Assembly: GCA_043228905.1 (NCBI GenBank)
Contig: JBHGNT010000013.1
Coordinates: forward strand, 7,068,001 to 7,132,000
Length of the DNA: 64,000 bases
Reading direction: 5' to 3'
Source of the DNA: Azolla caroliniana
Lineage: Eukaryota; Plantae; Polypodiophyta
Shown: positions 59,901 through 64,000 of the stretch, in pieces
How positions within the stretch are numbered: position 1 is the first letter of the stretch
How the letters are laid out: every line of letters starts with the position of its first letter
Position numbers and translations under genes: made by a program
Notes under the pieces: model-generated
Databases searched by the model: none
What the model was told of the DNA's origin: nothing
What the model saw: the letters and a program-made list of their open reading frames with translations, nothing else

Positions 59901-62417
59901 GTAGTCCCGAAAAAGAATGGGAAAATTCGCGTATGTGTGGATTACAGAAAATTGAATGCAGCGACAATTACGGATGCGTTTCCGTTGCCATTCACAGATG
60001 GGATATTAGATGCAGTAGCTGGACATGAAATTTATAGTTTCTTGGATGGGTTCAGTGGGTACAACCAAGTACGGATGAATCCGGAAGATCAGGAAAAGAC
60101 AACTTTTGTCACAGAATGGGGTGTCTTTGTGGCAGTAGTAATGATGTTCGGTTTAAAAACAGCTCCAGCTACATTTCAGCAGGTAATACAGGAAATATTT
60201 GGGGAGTATATTCCAGCTTTCATGCATGTGTTTTTAGATGATTTTGCGGTATATAGTCGGAAAGCTGATCATTTTGAGCATTTACGGCTATGTTTAGAAA
60301 AATGTCGAAAAGGGCGTCTTAGCTTAAATCCAGCCAAATGCGCATTCGGAGTAATGAGTGGTACGTTACTTGGGCATATTGTCAGTCAAGAAGGGATTGC
60401 AGTGGACCCAGACAAAGTTAAAGCAATTATTGAGGCAACACCACCGACAAATGCTAAAGCTCTAAGTAGATTTTTGGGTCAAATTCGGTGGCACAGTAGA
60501 ATGATGAGATATCTAGCAGACATTGCTATTCCGTTACACACAGCAGTACACAAAGTTCCTTTTATATGGACAAGTATAGAACAAGATGCATACGAATGTC
60601 TCAAGAAGATGCTGACAAAGGTTCCGGTAGTCCAACCACCGGACTGGAACAAACCATTTCATGTTTTCGTCGATGCGTTGGACATTGCCATAGGCAGTGC
60701 TTTAATGCAATTATCCGAACCAAACTGGTATAGGCCGGTATACTATGCCAATAGGAAACTTTCGTCGGCCGAAAGAAACTATTCAACAACCGAAAGAGAA
60801 GCTTTGGGAATGATATATAGTGTGAACAAATTTCGACATTACCTTTTGGGTAAGAAATTTACATTTCATGTGGATCATTCGGCTCTACTGTATCTAGTTT
60901 CCAAACAAGAATTGACAGGCAAGTTAGCCAGATGGACGTTATTGCTTCAAGAGTTTGAATTCGACATTATACATCGACCAGGAGCACAGCACGCGATTGC
61001 TGACTATCTCAGTCGGCTTGAATCTGGAGAAGAAGCGGTTGGTGTTAAAGATGATTTTCCAGATACTCAATTATTTCGGGTTGAGACAGTAAAAGCACAA
61101 GAAATGAATGAGGAAAGAGAGGATGAATGGATTTCCGAAATGACGATATTTCTATCAACAGGAATTACGGCCGAACACATGTCGACAGATGAAAGAAAAA
61201 GAATTGCAGTACGAAGTCGAAATTTTTGTTTATTTAATGACATGTTGTATCATAAAGGAGCGGATGGAATATGGCGAAGGGCAGTACGAAAATTTGAAAA
61301 ATTAGCCATATTAACAGAGTCACATTGTGGAATTGCTGGCGGTCATTACGCAGGAGAAGCAACAGCCAGAAAAATATGGAATAGCGGGTTATGGTGGCCA
61401 ACGGTGATGAAAGATGCTAATGAATACTGTAAGAAATGCGATTTGTGTCAAAGAATGGGGCAACCGACCGAAAAGGATCGAATGCCTTTTCAACCGGTTT
61501 TACCTCTTGAGCCATTTCAGAAATGGGGCTTAGATTTTGTTGGCCCATTCAAACCAGCAACTGCAAGAACTGGTAATCGATATATCATAATTGCGACTGA
61601 CTATTGCACAAAATGGGTTGAAGCAAAAGCTCTCAGAGACAATACAGCGGCATCCACAGCAAAATTCCTGTATGAAAATATATGGTGTCGATTCGGTTGC
61701 CCAATAGAATTGGTAAGCGATCAAGGCACTCATTTTATGAACAAGTTAATTCACGAATTAACTAATTATTATGCCGTAGTTCATAAGAAAAGTACGCCTT
61801 ACTATCCCCAAGCTAATGGATTGGCAGAATCGACAAATAAAACAATTCAAACAATTTTAAAGAAGATAGTGAATGAAAATCGTACTGATTGGGATCAAAA
61901 GTTAAATAGTGCATTATGGGCATATCGTACTTCGTACAAAACATCCATTAAATCAACACCTTTCCGAATGGCATTCGGACTTGAAGCTGTTATGCCGATC
62001 GAATTTCAAATTCCGACACTTCGTATCCAAGTGACGAATAAGTTAAATGAAATAGAATCGGAGCAGATACGCAAAGAGGCTTTATTAGTATTAGAAGAAG
62101 AACGGATTCAATCAATGTCAGCACTAGAACACAAGCAGAGACAAATCAAGGCATTCGTAAATCGACATCGAAGGAAATCGGAAGAGCAATTCGAAATTGG
62201 GAAACCGGTATTGGTATTCCAGACGAAAATGGGACTTATGCCTGGGAAACTCCGGTATAGATGGACAGGTCCAGTATGGATAATTAATAGTAAAAATGGT
62301 ACGTATCAGCTGGGATCATTAACCGGAGAGGTTTTACCAAAATGGGTAAATGGATTCCGGCTTAAACCGTATTTGGGAGATATGCCGGTAAACCCGTTTA
62401 TTCAAACGGAAGAATAA
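56907..62417 (+). CDS. Gag-Pol polyprotein of Gypsy J (1836 aa)
   Basis: Retrotrans gag; three CCHC knuckles; IIDGGSGVNVI protease; RT with FLDD; RNase H; integrase H-H-C-C, WGLDFVGPF, SDQG, WTGP; no chromodomain; no stops. Confidence 0.95.
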   Translation: MSYEEETPVSCKRPRTRSVTKAVQEAFIAQEHPESSTKWSKLPDLFDQLPSDEKQTEEVSFYDIWDDMPYTYSKFREGTDAEAHVRDFLTTWEINHGAQRLSADAEDKSKIAEFVLSLDGYSANWFAQNGLQGFPSFEVLNSKFLQLFHQQIPQKDLIAQFYALYQQKNETVSQFVIRFQNLQLQISRPIPDNELKEVFLEVVKEPLRTTLKVFHFRNQTIKQVIDKTIEMGRPPVNVQSMDMSALQRTLPTIEELQFRQAVQCTTCLNTGHSAIECTLRTHCTICHSKLHSVEQCEYNLLNKTTASVRQIFTDNGYQNNTNLFNGYQNNNFSQNQQNVQQNPTFQQNTVLQPNQIFSQQNMQPTQVTQAFQPGFAQSNPPFVQNPNQYFQQNNQSFQQGNPPFQGFQQNCPNVQPNSAYQPNPAFQPGNMTFQHNTQTVPQNNQMFQQNNFPPNQEFGITQNVAQPNDNTEQFRQNRYKNKKFYKPKATRQFQQNPSGNEEQQFNNGQFAHGETGGTFVPTCYICRQLGHYANQCPVKGKGPAVNMVIPEVQQLTTRSKSKQSEWEIQEEVRKAAKEWVDEANQSNVNRMLQDNNIDQNIVVQQSLGNKEQEETWKLLADCQVSLPLTGLLKLVPRFTEKVAALIAYKGSEQIAVHYNQPSNNPSIMDEQNPSIKVILYGQEIGNVIIDGGSGVNVINKATCEKLGITKWEACPFWLRMADTSTVRPIGLLRQLDVIIGGHNFQISAVILQLETQGAYPLLLGRPWLKTTNIKQNWKQNVLTFRKGKTKVRIPTHNKVTTSKQSLPVHAEAVNMMEGLDEEEESQYFNDNQKIIPLFEVDILQALTPYVDSHEEVPIDEQTMKEIRMQQEATDKEMKVSQRVQASALEEIDLAGVEDGERKTVLIARDLAENDKRTLTTLLLQYKDVFAWSFDDMKGLDPAFCQHQINLHKDAKPVQQRRYRLNPNYAIKVKEEIDKLLKVGFIRPVKKSTWLSPIVVVPKKNGKIRVCVDYRKLNAATITDAFPLPFTDGILDAVAGHEIYSFLDGFSGYNQVRMNPEDQEKTTFVTEWGVFVAVVMMFGLKTAPATFQQVIQEIFGEYIPAFMHVFLDDFAVYSRKADHFEHLRLCLEKCRKGRLSLNPAKCAFGVMSGTLLGHIVSQEGIAVDPDKVKAIIEATPPTNAKALSRFLGQIRWHSRMMRYLADIAIPLHTAVHKVPFIWTSIEQDAYECLKKMLTKVPVVQPPDWNKPFHVFVDALDIAIGSALMQLSEPNWYRPVYYANRKLSSAERNYSTTEREALGMIYSVNKFRHYLLGKKFTFHVDHSALLYLVSKQELTGKLARWTLLLQEFEFDIIHRPGAQHAIADYLSRLESGEEAVGVKDDFPDTQLFRVETVKAQEMNEEREDEWISEMTIFLSTGITAEHMSTDERKRIAVRSRNFCLFNDMLYHKGADGIWRRAVRKFEKLAILTESHCGIAGGHYAGEATARKIWNSGLWWPTVMKDANEYCKKCDLCQRMGQPTEKDRMPFQPVLPLEPFQKWGLDFVGPFKPATARTGNRYIIIATDYCTKWVEAKALRDNTAASTAKFLYENIWCRFGCPIELVSDQGTHFMNKLIHELTNYYAVVHKKSTPYYPQANGLAESTNKTIQTILKKIVNENRTDWDQKLNSALWAYRTSYKTSIKSTPFRMAFGLEAVMPIEFQIPTLRIQVTNKLNEIESEQIRKEALLVLEEERIQSMSALEHKQRQIKAFVNRHRRKSEEQFEIGKPVLVFQTKMGLMPGKLRYRWTGPVWIINSKNGTYQLGSLTGEVLPKWVNGFRLKPYLGDMPVNPFIQTEE

Positions 62418-62830
62418 ATAAAAAATATAAAAAAAAACAAAAAAAAACTAACTAACTCACTCAATAGTTCTTGTCAATGCAGAAATAGAATCTTGCCATA
62501 ACAGTCTGAATCGACTATAAATAGGAAGAGGAATTGCATGATTATTAGTAAGTGGTACAACCACTACACGTAGAGTTAATACTAATTAATTCCTACATTA
62601 ATAGCAATTACTATTCTTTAGTCATAATGCATAAGTTAATATCTTTAAAGCATATTTCTGTATCTTCTGTGTCGCCAAAGCAACAGAAACGAGTGCAGAT
62701 CTCAAAACATTCTGAGCCTTCGTGCCCTAGCTCGCCCAAACTCTGTTTTTCTGATTTTCATCGCTACAGAAGCTGTGCAGATCTCCAACCGTCATCGACA
62801 AGTGATTCAGAACAAGCAAACACAGAAGTC

Positions 62831-64000
62831 ATGCCGATTCCTGTGTCTGAAGAACTGCGACTGTGGCTTCATGAGAGAAACTTACAAGGTTTCATCAAAG
62901 TAGCAGAAGCGGAACCTCATCCGCAGGCGGAAGAATTGGTACAACAATTAGACATCACCAAGGTCACCACAAAGAAAATACGAAATGCATTACAGATGCC
63001 AAGAGGAGGCTTTGAGGCAGTTAAAAAAACCTTCATCAGAAGCACTCCAATCGTATTTCGGGGAATACTCACCCTCGGCAAAAGCATATCAGACTTATGG
63101 AGGTCAGGATGAGTTTTTCCATGAAGTGGCTAGATTTTTACTAGAGGTAGGATTTGTCAGTCCCCGTTTTTATTGTATGCCGAAAAAAAGGGCTGGGTTT
63201 ATCATAGCCGCATACAAAAAAGAGGATTTCAACTGGCCACTATTGTCGGGGGAAGCTCTGAGAGAGCAGCTAGAAGGGGTAAAAACAAGAAAACCAATGA
63301 AGCAAATTTTTGGTCGTTGGCTATCGGTATTGTTTCCGATTCAAGAATCGGAAACTCCTGTTCAGTCAAGAAGACCACCGATAGTACAAGCACCTCGAAG
63401 ACACCGACAGGTAGCACATGAAGAATGGATAGAGGAAGAATCGGCACATGCCGATAATATACAAACAGATATGCCTCAGTCAGAACCACCAAGACCAGAG
63501 AATTCCAAAAACAGGCAACCAGCAGCCGAACAAGAAACAGTTGACCATTTGATAAACAAGTAGCAGCCGACAGAAAATCGACAACAAGCAGAGAAGATGC
63601 GACAAAGGACAAGGGTTAAACAAAAGGCTAATCGGCAATTCCAACCAGAAAACAGTGATGGGTCAGCACCGAAAAGGCAACGCACAAAGGAAAATTCGAA
63701 TACGCCTGTAGTAGCAGAAGTAATAAAACCAGGGAATGAGAGCGTTTCGACACAACTTCAACAAGGACAATCTTCAAAAGTAGCAATTCGGGAAGCACAT
63801 GGGTGCTTGGATATTCCACCAGCAGCACATGAATTAGCTGCCATTTTACAGTTCGGAACTTCATACGAACTGGTTGAATGGTTGGCTAGAAGATTGACAG
63901 AAGTATCAGAACGGCTGGCTCAAGAACATAATGACCGAATAATGATACAGAAGGCCTTACGAGTGTTGGAACCTCAAGAAAAAGCAGAGATAGAGAAAAT
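62831..64000 (+). pseudogene. Extra 3' ORF of Gypsy J (partial; frameshift ~63030, stop 63561)
   Basis: MPIPVSEELRLWLHERNLQGFIKVAE...YFGEYSPSAK...FFHEVARFLLEVGFVSPRFY...DIPPAAHELAAILQFGTSYELVEWLA, homologous to 33299-35785. Confidence 0.85.

Larger units (their letters stand above)
56392..64000 (+). mobile_element. Athila-like Ty3/Gypsy element J (continues beyond window)
   Basis: 5' LTR 56392-56847 (TGTTA...TAACA); PBS TGGCACGCCCGGT 56859-56871; single 1836-aa gag-pol; extra ORF from 62831. Confidence 0.93.

Overview
Eukaryotic land-plant genomic DNA, about 85% LTR retrotransposon. A fern or other non-seed plant is my guess from the element types, but it is unproven. One host gene is present: a two-exon, membrane-anchored SPRY-domain protein (21681-23628) on an ~8 kb AT-rich island that also holds a hAT-type MITE. 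Left flank: two decayed Ty1/Copia elements (A; B, which carries a nested 1-kb solo LTR) and a tRNA-Trp-primed Ty3/Gypsy with a 4-bp TSD (C). Right flank: a five-level nest (Gypsy D1 < LTR F < Copia G < Copia I < intact Copia H and near-intact Athila-like Gypsy J), plus a circularly permuted, slightly more than one unit copy of a 2.7-kb Copia/Gypsy junction. Most notable: (1) a large sense-strand extra ORF after pol, conserved between two divergent Athila-like Gypsy copies; (2) tRNA-derived Pol III A/B-box cassettes inside two different Gypsy-type LTRs, reminiscent of Cassandra's 5S; (3) a Q/N-rich, prion-like insert between the Gag zinc knuckles of J; (4) the permuted duplication, which suggests a circular intermediate; (5) a Copia family with a charged tail after RNase H and two PPT-like tracts. 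All coordinates and identities were read by eye. No databases were searched.
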